In this document: in pieces, positions 1 through 8,927 of the stretch
Position numbering within the stretch: the stretch's first letter is position 1
Layout: every line of letters begins with the position of its first letter
Assembly: GCA_048885535.1 (NCBI GenBank)
Contig: JBHLLO010000001.1
Coordinates: 52,698-116,697 of the forward strand
DNA from: Candidatus Hermodarchaeota archaeon
Lineage (GTDB): Archaea; Asgardarchaeota; Lokiarchaeia; Sigyniarchaeales; SOKP01
Direction of reading: 5' to 3'
Length of the DNA stretch: 64,000 nucleotides
Position numbers and translations under genes: made by a program
Notes under the pieces: model-generated
The model's database searches: none
Seen by the model: the letters and a program-made list of their open reading frames with translations, nothing else
What the model was told of the DNA's origin: nothing

Positions 1-159
1 CGAGACTTTTTCGTTGAATTAGGTCGAAATAACATTATGGTAGCTATCGGATGTGATTCTCATAATTTAGTTAATCTAAATAATATCAAAGAACTTGTCA
101 GTACAATAAGAAATTATGGACTTATAAACAACTTATTTTCTCTAATTAATAAGCTTTAA
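1..159 (+). CDS. 3' fragment of a PHP-family phosphoesterase-like protein (5' end outside window)
   Basis: Frame 1 is open from base 1 (RDFFVELGRNNIMVAIGCDSHNL...) to TAA at 157-159; GCDSH resembles the PHP C-terminal GSDxH motif. Confidence 0.5.
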   Translation, partial: RDFFVELGRNNIMVAIGCDSHNLVNLNNIKELVSTIRNYGLINNLFSLINKL

Positions 160-191
160 ATTAAAGGGATTGAACTATAGAATAAAAAAGG

Positions 192-536
192 TTATCTTCG
201 GATTCTATTTACATAATTCATATAATACCTAAAAGCTTTTTCAAATATAATATCAAGTAATTGTTCATTTTGATCTACTGGCTCGGTTATTATAGCCTTT
301 AACTTTCCTTTTGCTATATCAAAAATCTCTTTAGCAGCAATAAGATTTTCATTTAGAGGTAAATCCATTATCTCTGAAATAGTTTTCTTATTCTTAATCT
401 GCCATTGATTTAGTGCACGCCAAATCATTCCTCTCATGGCTAAAAGAGGAACATTCATCAGTTCGCATAAACCATTAGAAATGTCTCGAATGACTTTTAA
501 TTGAATAGGATCAACTTTTAGTTTAATATATTCCAT
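192..536 (-). CDS. Hypothetical helical protein (start may lie further upstream)
   Basis: 114-aa ORF with no recognisable motif. Confidence 0.55.
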   Translation of the reverse strand: MEYIKLKVDPIQLKVIRDISNGLCELMNVPLLAMRGMIWRALNQWQIKNKKTISEIMDLPLNENLIAAKEIFDIAKGKLKAIITEPVDQNEQLLDIIFEKAFRYYMNYVNRIRR

Positions 537-762
537 TTCAGTATTTCTAAGAGCTGTATCATCAAAATTGACTAAAAAAGTAATACAAACCTCAACCCAC
601 TTGTTTTATTATTACTTCGCTAAAATAATATTTAAAAATTTAGGAATTTTTAAAACTAATTAGATATTAATTTTCAATCTATTTAAAATACTCTAGTTTA
701 GTCAAAAGAATTAAAAAAAAAATAAAAATATCTTTTTATTAATTCATCCTTAATTTATATAT

Positions 763-1521
763 ATGGATTTAGATGAAAGGATTGATTTAGCAGCGAAATG
801 GATTGCTGAATCAAAGCGATTGGTTGTATTTACTGGAGCGGGAATATCAACTGATTCTGGATTACCTGATTATCGTGGTCCTGATGGTGTATGGACAAGG
901 CGAGATAAAGGGTTGCCTCCACCTAAGTCCCCACCTTGGGACCAAGTTAAACCAAATCCCAATCATTATGCGATAGTAGAATTATTAGAATTGGGAAAGC
1001 TAGATTTTCTTATATCCCAAAATGTAGATGGATTACATGCAAAATCTGGAATCCCTTTTGACAAACTAGCAGAATTACATGGCAATAGGTATTTTATGAA
1101 GTGTTTAGATTGCAATAAAAAAATGACATTTGAAGATGCAGGATGGGATAAGGCTATATGGGGACCTGGATATCGGACTGATAGAGTTCGTAGAAACCAA
1201 CCAACATGCCCCCACTGTAGTGGCAGAATAATTTCAAGTATAGTTAATTTTGGAGATCAGTTGCCTTATGACGAATTAGAAGAATCTAAAAAGCGTTCTG
1301 AAGATGCAGATGTATTTTTTGTAATTGGTTCGTCTTTAGTAGTTACACCCGCAGCTAATATGCCTGGTTATGCCAAAAATAATGGCGCAAAGTTGATTAT
1401 TCTAAATAAAGGTGATACTCCTTATGATTATATAGCCGATATAAGATTTGATAATTTAATTGAAGAAGTTTTACCTCCAATAATAGAAAAAGTGAGAGAA
1501 ATTATAAAAAGGAGTATGTAA
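763..1521 (+). CDS. NAD-dependent protein deacylase, sirtuin family (SIRT6/class IV-like)
   Basis: [28 protein letters not shown], ELHGN, two CxxC zinc pairs, GSSL. Confidence 0.95.
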   Translation: [252 protein letters not shown]

Positions 1522-1546
1522 TTTCTTAGGAACCTTTTTAAAAATA

Positions 1547-3214
1547 CTATTGCTTTAATTTCCCATATATATTTTTCTTTGCATTATATTCTTTTAGAAC
1601 TTTTTTTCCTTCTTTATTGGTTAAGGATAATGAAATTTCACTATTACGGCTTAATGAACCCGTAAAAATTTGTTGATTATTAGCATAAACTATTATATTA
1701 CTGCTTGCATATTCTTGATCTGCTCTTAATACTAATCTATTTCTTAGGATTTCTATGTCTAAGTCTATTTTGTCTTCAATTGTCTTTTTTCCTACAGTAA
1801 ATTCCTCTAATCGCCTATATTTCTTAGATTTTATTGGGCTAATTGGATTTATAACTATATCTTGTCCAAAAGAATAAATTTCATATTCTAATTGTTTAGT
1901 CTTATAATCTCTTACTTCCACAACAGGTCGAGCGAGATCCTTATCTCTAAAACCGTGTGGTACTTTTACGGTCATCTTTATGGCTAAAACCCTGGAGATA
2001 TCTCCATCTTCAATAAATATTATAGTATCTATTATTGAGGGAAGCATACCGAGCTCGATTCTACCAATAAACCTTTGAAGACCATCAATTGCAGAGGATG
2101 AGTGAACTACCCCAACCATTCCTACTCCAGATAATCGAAAGTCGGCATAGACTTGAAAATCGTTGGTAGTTCTTACTTCATCAAATATAGTAAAATCAGG
2201 TCTTACTAAAAGGAGTATATCTGCTGAATTTTCAAGACTTCCTTCTAGCTTAGTGTATTGTGTAATTTCTGGGTCAACTTGCAAATCTCTTACACTCTCA
2301 AGTGTTTTTACTACTTTATTTTGCTGTAAATAGAAGTTTGCTAACGCTGCTGAAAAAGTACTCTTACCAGCACCGGGTGGTCCCGCAACTAAGATTCCCT
2401 CTGCTTTCTCCAAGCGACTACGCAATCTAGAGTCAATAGAATAATCTGACAATTTTAAATTAACAAGTGGACGTACAGCAGTTATTTCTAGATCATTTGA
2501 AAAAGGAGGGCGAGTAATTACAATTCTAAATTCTCTTAATTGAGCTACAAGAGCACCAAACTTTTCAATTTCAATGAAAGAATGAGTATCCTCTCGAGTA
2601 AATTCTACAATCTCCATAGCTATCTCTTCAAGCTGGTTTTTAGATATTGATTCCTCCATTACTTTCTCTAAATACCAGTTACCTGGACTGCCCTTCTTGG
2701 CATATGGTGGTAATTCTTGCTTCAAATGGATACTCATCGTATTTTTATCAAAAAATTTAATTAATGTAAGCGAGGAAGAATCAATTTTTTTTGGTGGTAT
2801 TTTTTCTTTTACAGGTATTACTTCAATTCCTTCGAAAATTCCTACATCTCCCTGTATTTTATCTGAAGTGATTAAAACAGCTTTATTTTCACGAGCAGTT
2901 TCCCTAATTAAGGCATCTAATTCTCCTCCTGGAGCCATCTTAATTTCCTCACGAGTTGGCCTTTTTCCAATTATATGTAATTTAATTTTATTCTTATTAT
3001 GATATTCTCTGAGTTTTTTTAAAACATTTAAACCCAAAAAGCCAATTTCCTTTTGGATGTTTGTTCTATACTCTACTTCAGCCACAACAATATTCGGAAT
3101 AAAAATTTCTGGATATTCACCTAATTCTTCATCTTCAATCAAATCTAAAATAAGCCCGTTAAAAATAACTGAAGTATCACACACAAATTTATCTGGCATA
3201 TTCTTCTTCATCAA
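1547..3214 (-). CDS. PINc/VapC-domain ATPase (PINA-like)
   Basis: N-terminal PIN domain (VCDTSV...ELDALI...TSD), Walker A GPPGAGKST, LLLVRPDFTIFDEVR, GVGMVGVVH. Confidence 0.9.
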   Translation of the reverse strand: MMKKNMPDKFVCDTSVIFNGLILDLIEDEELGEYPEIFIPNIVVAEVEYRTNIQKEIGFLGLNVLKKLREYHNKNKIKLHIIGKRPTREEIKMAPGGELDALIRETARENKAVLITSDKIQGDVGIFEGIEVIPVKEKIPPKKIDSSSLTLIKFFDKNTMSIHLKQELPPYAKKGSPGNWYLEKVMEESISKNQLEEIAMEIVEFTREDTHSFIEIEKFGALVAQLREFRIVITRPPFSNDLEITAVRPLVNLKLSDYSIDSRLRSRLEKAEGILVAGPPGAGKSTFSAALANFYLQQNKVVKTLESVRDLQVDPEITQYTKLEGSLENSADILLLVRPDFTIFDEVRTTNDFQVYADFRLSGVGMVGVVHSSSAIDGLQRFIGRIELGMLPSIIDTIIFIEDGDISRVLAIKMTVKVPHGFRDKDLARPVVEVRDYKTKQLEYEIYSFGQDIVINPISPIKSKKYRRLEEFTVGKKTIEDKIDLDIEILRNRLVLRADQEYASSNIIVYANNQQIFTGSLSRNSEISLSLTNKEGKKVLKEYNAKKNIYGKLKQ

Positions 3215-3806
3215 TATCTATTTTAGTTATTATTTCAAACTTATTTACACTATAATAAATTGGCTTACTTAACCGGTCTACAGTGGCAACTATTAATGCC
3301 TTTCGAGAGCTCATTGCCACGCGAGACATTTTATCTAAGTCTTTTAATTCGATCGGATATCCTTCAAATACGGGATATATTAAATATTTTGCTGCATCTG
3401 TGTTGATATCTGCTCCCCTTTTATAAACTCGAAAATCAATTCCATCACCATATCCAGCTCTAACAATATAACCCCGTTTGCGCAAATCCATATAAATGAT
3501 ATACTTTTGCCACAATCTAGGGTCATACTGTGTGAATTCTATTAATAAATCTTCAAAACTATACATTTGGTTAGTTTTGTTATTGTCTTTCCATAACAAT
3601 AACCTGTTTCGTTCACATAAAAGCAATACTTCAATAGGTTCTAAAATTAGTGATTGTTCACCAGTATCTTTCTCTTCTAAAGTTCCAATATAGGAATTAT
3701 TATAAAATTCATCTATTGCTTTTTCATCAAAAATATATACTTTATCTTCCTTGATAATTGCTTCAAACTGAGCTTTCTCTACCTTTTCATCAGCTTTTTC
3801 TGTCAT
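3189..3806 (-). CDS. endA: tRNA-splicing endonuclease subunit, probably the non-catalytic (beta) subunit
   Basis: YMDLRKRGYIVRAGYGDGIDFRVY and RVAMSSRKALIVATVD match the EndA C-terminal domain; Ala sits at the catalytic His position. Confidence 0.85.
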   Translation of the reverse strand: MTEKADEKVEKAQFEAIIKEDKVYIFDEKAIDEFYNNSYIGTLEEKDTGEQSLILEPIEVLLLCERNRLLLWKDNNKTNQMYSFEDLLIEFTQYDPRLWQKYIIYMDLRKRGYIVRAGYGDGIDFRVYKRGADINTDAAKYLIYPVFEGYPIELKDLDKMSRVAMSSRKALIVATVDRLSKPIYYSVNKFEIITKIDIDEEEYAR

Positions 3807-3950
3807 TTTCCTATTTATTATAGAGTTTTATATTTAATGAACTTAATCATAATAAGGAGATAATAATTATCATAAATTACATAAAATAAACTGTATTTTT
3901 ATCTCTATCATCAGTTGATCTATTATAGAATAAATAATTAAGAAAAAATT

Positions 3951-4835
3951 CTATTTATTTGATCTAGATATTATAAAATCTATGAATTTACCGACATCTT
4001 TGACATTTTCATAGACTTTTGGAGCCTTTTCTTCTAAATAACCTTTAAAAACATCCCAATTTTCCTTCTTACCTATAGGCGCTTCTGTTAATAACTTTTT
4101 AGCTTCAAAAATGTCATAACTGAAGATTAGAGCATTATCGACTCTATTAGCATCGCTACTTAATAAAAAGATGTAAAACTCATTTAAATCCCAAGGATTT
4201 AATACATGAGCAGGTTTATTTCCATCCCCCGCTTTCTTACCTCTTAATGCACGTGTATCTACCTGTGTTGGTAACACCATATTAAAAGTTATATTCTCTC
4301 GCTTATATTCTAAAGCCATAGCTTTTTGCATTCCTACAATAGCATATTTACTTGCAGCATATGCAGTAAATTTTGGTGGAGCGTTCGGATATGCTTCACT
4401 TCCAGTTATTATGAATCTTGCTTTATTATTTTTATCTTCTTTATACATATAAGGATATGCTGCTTTAAACGTGAAAAATACCCCTAATACGTTAGTATTT
4501 AAAATTTGAGAGAACTTTTCATTATCAAATTCATGAGTAGCCCACATTCGAGAATAACCCGCATTAGCAACAACGCCATTTAACGGACCAAGTTCTTCAA
4601 AAAAGGTTTTAAATGTAACTTCAACTTCATCATACTTGCTGATATCTGCTGTTTTGACAACTACTTTCACATTAATCCCAAGAGAAATTATTTCTTGTTT
4701 AGTGTTGTTTAATTCTTCTAATGTACGAGACATTAAACCAATATTTGCGCCCTCCTTAGCGCAAGCTATAGCAACAGCTTTACCTATGCCTCTCCCGGAG
4801 CCAGTTATCACAATATTTTTACCTTTTAATAACAT
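3951..4835 (-). CDS. SDR family NAD(P)-dependent oxidoreductase
   Basis: TGSGRGIG, NAG, YAASK. Confidence 0.92.
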   Translation of the reverse strand: MLLKGKNIVITGSGRGIGKAVAIACAKEGANIGLMSRTLEELNNTKQEIISLGINVKVVVKTADISKYDEVEVTFKTFFEELGPLNGVVANAGYSRMWATHEFDNEKFSQILNTNVLGVFFTFKAAYPYMYKEDKNNKARFIITGSEAYPNAPPKFTAYAASKYAIVGMQKAMALEYKRENITFNMVLPTQVDTRALRGKKAGDGNKPAHVLNPWDLNEFYIFLLSSDANRVDNALIFSYDIFEAKKLLTEAPIGKKENWDVFKGYLEEKAPKVYENVKDVGKFIDFIISRSNK

Positions 4836-4920
4836 AATTGAATCAAAAATTATTGAAATAAAAGATTTACTTTAATTGATAATAAATAATTAATACATCT
4901 TCTACTTTTTTTCCTTAATA

Positions 4921-5514
4921 ATGAATGAGTCGTTTGAAAAGTTTAAGGATTATTTTAAGGATTCATCCAAAGTGGTATTTATGGGTATTGGGGAAGAAAA
5001 ATTAAGAGATGATGGAGTGGGTCCTTATATTATTGGTGAACTCTTAAAACATTATAATATGAGAAATCCCTTAAACGACATGTTTTTATTTATAAATGCT
5101 GGAACTGACCCCATGTCAAGAGTGGACGAAATAGTTAAATTCAACCCTTCGCATCTAATCATCGTTGATACCTGTACATTAAATAAACCCCCTGGAACAG
5201 TTGCAATTCTAGAACGTGAAAATATAGGTGAATATGTGCCAATTTCCTCTCATACAGTCCCTATACATATTGTTATTGATTTTCTTCTAAACAGGATTCC
5301 ACAGTTAGAAGTATTTATGATTGGATTTGTTCCAGAAAGTCTCGAAGGCTTTGAAGATTTAGAATTCTATAAGGGAGATAGAATTAATTTTGAAGAGTTA
5401 GATAAGAATATCGATTTACCCTTTTTTAAAATTAATTTGACTAGCAAAATAGAAAAAGCAGCACTAAAAGTTATAGAATTCATAAAAAATGTAATTGAAG
5501 AATTGAGAAAATGA
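4921..5514 (+). CDS. Hydrogenase maturation protease (HycI-like)
   Basis: MGIGEEKLRDDGVGP, IIVD, SSHTVP. Confidence 0.85.
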   Translation: MNESFEKFKDYFKDSSKVVFMGIGEEKLRDDGVGPYIIGELLKHYNMRNPLNDMFLFINAGTDPMSRVDEIVKFNPSHLIIVDTCTLNKPPGTVAILERENIGEYVPISSHTVPIHIVIDFLLNRIPQLEVFMIGFVPESLEGFEDLEFYKGDRINFEELDKNIDLPFFKINLTSKIEKAALKVIEFIKNVIEELRK

Positions 5515-5528
5515 ATACCCTTTCTTTT

Positions 5529-6749
5529 TTAGAATATCCAAATTAAGAGTAAAATTATGGATATAAGTCCTACCAAAAAGGTAATACATCCCCAGGAGGT
5601 TAAAGCATTTTTAATATAATTTATTCTAAAGTCAACAGCCTCGTAAGGACATAACTCTACACAGCAATAGCACATTATACATTTCTCTTTAATCCATCTA
5701 GGTACATTTCCTTTCTTTAATTCTTCTGGTGGAATGATTGCCTTTCCAGGGCAATTACTCCAACAAGTTGAGCATAGTTTACAGTTTTCTTGTTTAAACC
5801 TAACTCTAGCTTTAAATATAGTTCTACCAACATAATCTGCAAGCCATCTGGGTAATGGCATTGAAATTGGTCGCTTAGTGGGACGTTTAAAATCTCTTCT
5901 TATAGTCTGAATATCTTCACCTAATAATTCAGTCTTTGTTAAATTTGTTGTTCCTAAACCTTTCTGCTCTGCTTTGGTTAAATAGAAAACATCCTTGGGA
6001 TCAAAACCAATTATTTTACATACAGTTGTATCTAAAGCAACACCATCAAAACCAGCTAAAATCAAATCTAATTTCACGACATCTCCTTGGGAGGGTCCTT
6101 TACCTTCCTGACATAAATATCCATCTATAACTGTTAATTGCGGATTCGAAACAGAATAAATATCTGCCAATGCTGAACTAAATCTATCTAATGTTGGAAA
6201 TTGAGCATGGGTTTTAGCTTTATTCCCTAGTAACATAGTGCCAAACATATTTTTAATACAGCAAGTAAGAAGACACTGCCAATGTGTCTTTATTTTTGGA
6301 ATATTAATAATTAAATCTGCTTTTTTAATCAAATCTGAGCTTACAAATTCTTTTAATTCTAAAGGATTATTAACTTAATAATGTTCTCTCTCCGTTTTTT
6401 CAAAATGTATACATTCTACTCCCTCTTCTTGACAAACAGAGAGAATCCCGCTTTCTTTCATCGCTAATTCAGTAATTCCTGGTTTTTGGCCCCCTGCTGA
6501 ATCACATACATATACTTCTAAAGGATTAAACGATTTTACCCACTGAATTACTGATCTTACTACTTCTGGATGAGTATTTACAGCTCTTTCCGTTGGCTTT
6601 CCTATAAGCAAGTTTGGTTTTATTAAAATAACCATGTCCTTTTTTATCATTAATTCCTGAGCATTTATTAGTTTAAGGGCGTTAAAAACAGCAGTTTTTA
6701 TATCATCATTGCTTATCTTCTGAATAGCAATTTTAGTCCTACTAATCAT
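5529..6749 (-). pseudogene. DUF362 + 4Fe-4S ferredoxin-domain protein interrupted by one in-frame TAA (6375-6377)
   Basis: ORFs 6375..6749 (IKPN, THPEVV) and 5529..6332 (NIPKIKTH, KNMFG, DGVALD, two CxxCxxCxxxCP) share a frame, separated only by TAA plus 14 sense codons. Confidence 0.8.
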
Positions 6750-6880
6750 TTTTGTAACCCAATCCTACATAATAAATGAGCCTTTTATTAAATTTATGGA
6801 CTGATATTTTAATTTTGAAAATATTTCAATCGGATAATTTTAAAAAAAGAAAAAGTAAAAAATAAAAAAAGAAAATTTAT

Positions 6881-7135
6881 TTAAATGCCACCTGCTTGTG
6901 TAGCCATGACGGTTATAACATCCTTTTTTGGATGAATCCCTACTTTTGCGAATTTAAGATCATCTGGAAGTACTTTTCCTTTAAAAATGAACTGAATTGC
7001 TAAGATTGGGTTTAACTTATATTCTCTCTGAACTGTCTTTTTGATATCTGCGATAGACTGATTTGGATCAACTTCAATTAATTTTATAGCTTGATCTGGT
7101 GGCACCCCAGTAAGTCTAAATCTATATTGAGTCAT
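6881..7135 (-). CDS. Ubiquitin-like protein
   Basis: 84 aa; SIADIKKTV helix, QFIFKGKVLPDD (cf. ubiquitin LIFAGKQLED), C-terminal GG followed by Ile. Confidence 0.75.
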   Translation of the reverse strand: MTQYRFRLTGVPPDQAIKLIEVDPNQSIADIKKTVQREYKLNPILAIQFIFKGKVLPDDLKFAKVGIHPKKDVITVMATQAGGI

Positions 7136-7286
7136 TTTTTTTAACCTACTCTTTACTTTATATATATATTTATTAAATTGTAGATTAACTATAATAAAAG
7201 GTCAGCGGTATTGTTAACTTAACTTTAGTCCATTTTTAATCTTTTTAACAGACAAAAATCAAATTTGTTTATTTAAGTAATCTTAT

Positions 7287-7484
7287 TTAGAACTTAAATG
7301 GTTCTGGAGGTGGACCTGGGGGGCTAGGTCGATCTGGTGGTGGGAATGGGCTAGGTTGAGGTGATGGTTGAATAGGTAACCGACTTAATCTATTTTCAAT
7401 TAATGAAATACGATTTTCTAGCTCGTTTAGTCTTTTTTCAATTTTAACAATTCTTTCCAATAAATTTGGGTTTTCTCTCGACAT
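7287..7484 (-). CDS. Small coiled-coil + polyproline protein
   Basis: Heptad run LLERIVKIEKRLNELENRISLIENRL then PSPQPSPFPPPDRPSPPGPPP; GC-rich Pro codons in an AT-rich background argue it is coding. Confidence 0.7.
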   Translation of the reverse strand: MSRENPNLLERIVKIEKRLNELENRISLIENRLSRLPIQPSPQPSPFPPPDRPSPPGPPPEPFKF

Positions 7485-7652
7485 TTACTATCAAAATAAA
7501 AATTCAATATTTAGATATTTATTCTTAACTATAACTTAAAAAAGAAAAAAAATAAGTATACCATATTTGCATTAATTAGTATTTTATAATTTTTTAGTTC
7601 GAGTTTAGTAAAAAAGTATAATTTTATATTTTCTGGTTCTTTCATTATTATT

Positions 7653-8753
7653 ATGGAAAGTTGGAACATCTCGAAAAAGTTAAAGAGTGAGTTACTTAAA
7701 AAATCCAGTAGTATTGAGGATAATAGTAGGAGAATATTGTATATTCTTAGAAACTTAGGTCCACAAAGATTCACTAATATTATAAAATATTCAAATTTAA
7801 GTAGGTCAACAGTATCTAAGTATCTTAATTATCATCGAAAGGAAAAAAATATTGAGCAAAGATTAATTACAGATAAAGATACCAATAAACAATATCAGGG
7901 TTATGTTATTACTGAAAAGGGCATAGAAATTTTGGGAGAATTTCCTTTAAAGTTAAAAGATGAGTTATATGTTATTAATGAATTAAAAGAGAATGTCCGA
8001 AAGCTAGAAAGCTTAATCGACTTTTACAAAAAGATAAATCTTGAGGATCCCTTTATAATCCATATAGTACGTATCATCTCTAAAATTGGAGATAACTTCT
8101 TTAAATTACACCAAGATAGAGATCTATATTTATCTCTTTTTTATATATTTTATAACTCAATTTTAGGACAAGGAGCCTTAGCACGAAAATATTGGCATTT
8201 TGAAGATTCTAGTTCTCAAAAATTTGTTGGTTATAAATTGAATTTAGACCAATTTTGTGAATTATATCATGTTTCTAAAGAAGCGATAAGTTATTTAGCA
8301 CGAATTAAACTAATTACTCCTGATTTCGGATTTTATCTTATTAAACGTGAAGCGAATGATTTTTTTTTCCATGAGGAAGATTTGTTGGGCACTACTACAA
8401 TTAGATTGATTAAAGATAGATTAATAGATGAAATTATTAATCTTCAAGAGGGTATTTATGATATGATTTATGATCTAGATATCATAGCTGAAGATTTAAC
8501 AAACCAGTTGAAAGAAATGGGCTTGATTTGGGATGCTATAAGAGAACATTTCCAAATGTTGGTTCTAAATCTTTTTATTAAGAATGCTATTGAAATGGGG
8601 TTCTTGGATATAGAACGCGATAAATTAATGGAAGGAATTGCTCAATCAAAAAAATTTTCAATGTCAGAAGAAGGAAAAATACTTCAAAAGTCAATATTAA
8701 AAGGCTTGAAATTGGAAGTAAATCTGAATATCCTTACACTAATCATGGATTGA
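7653..8753 (+). CDS. Winged helix-turn-helix DNA-binding protein
   Basis: N-terminal wHTH (LSRSTVSKYL...YVITEKG) plus uncharacterised helical domain. Confidence 0.7.
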   Translation: MESWNISKKLKSELLKKSSSIEDNSRRILYILRNLGPQRFTNIIKYSNLSRSTVSKYLNYHRKEKNIEQRLITDKDTNKQYQGYVITEKGIEILGEFPLKLKDELYVINELKENVRKLESLIDFYKKINLEDPFIIHIVRIISKIGDNFFKLHQDRDLYLSLFYIFYNSILGQGALARKYWHFEDSSSQKFVGYKLNLDQFCELYHVSKEAISYLARIKLITPDFGFYLIKREANDFFFHEEDLLGTTTIRLIKDRLIDEIINLQEGIYDMIYDLDIIAEDLTNQLKEMGLIWDAIREHFQMLVLNLFIKNAIEMGFLDIERDKLMEGIAQSKKFSMSEEGKILQKSILKGLKLEVNLNILTLIMD

Positions 8754-8927
8754 GAAGAGTTGGTTGTTAAGTTTAATACAAATTAAGAAGGGGTATTTCT
8801 ATATAATTTTCATTTTTTCACTAAATTCAAAAAGACTAGAGTTTTTAATACCTAATTTAACATAAATGCTATAGAGTTAGCAAATCTCTATTAAATTTCT
8901 TCACTGACAAAAATCCTTACTGAAAAA

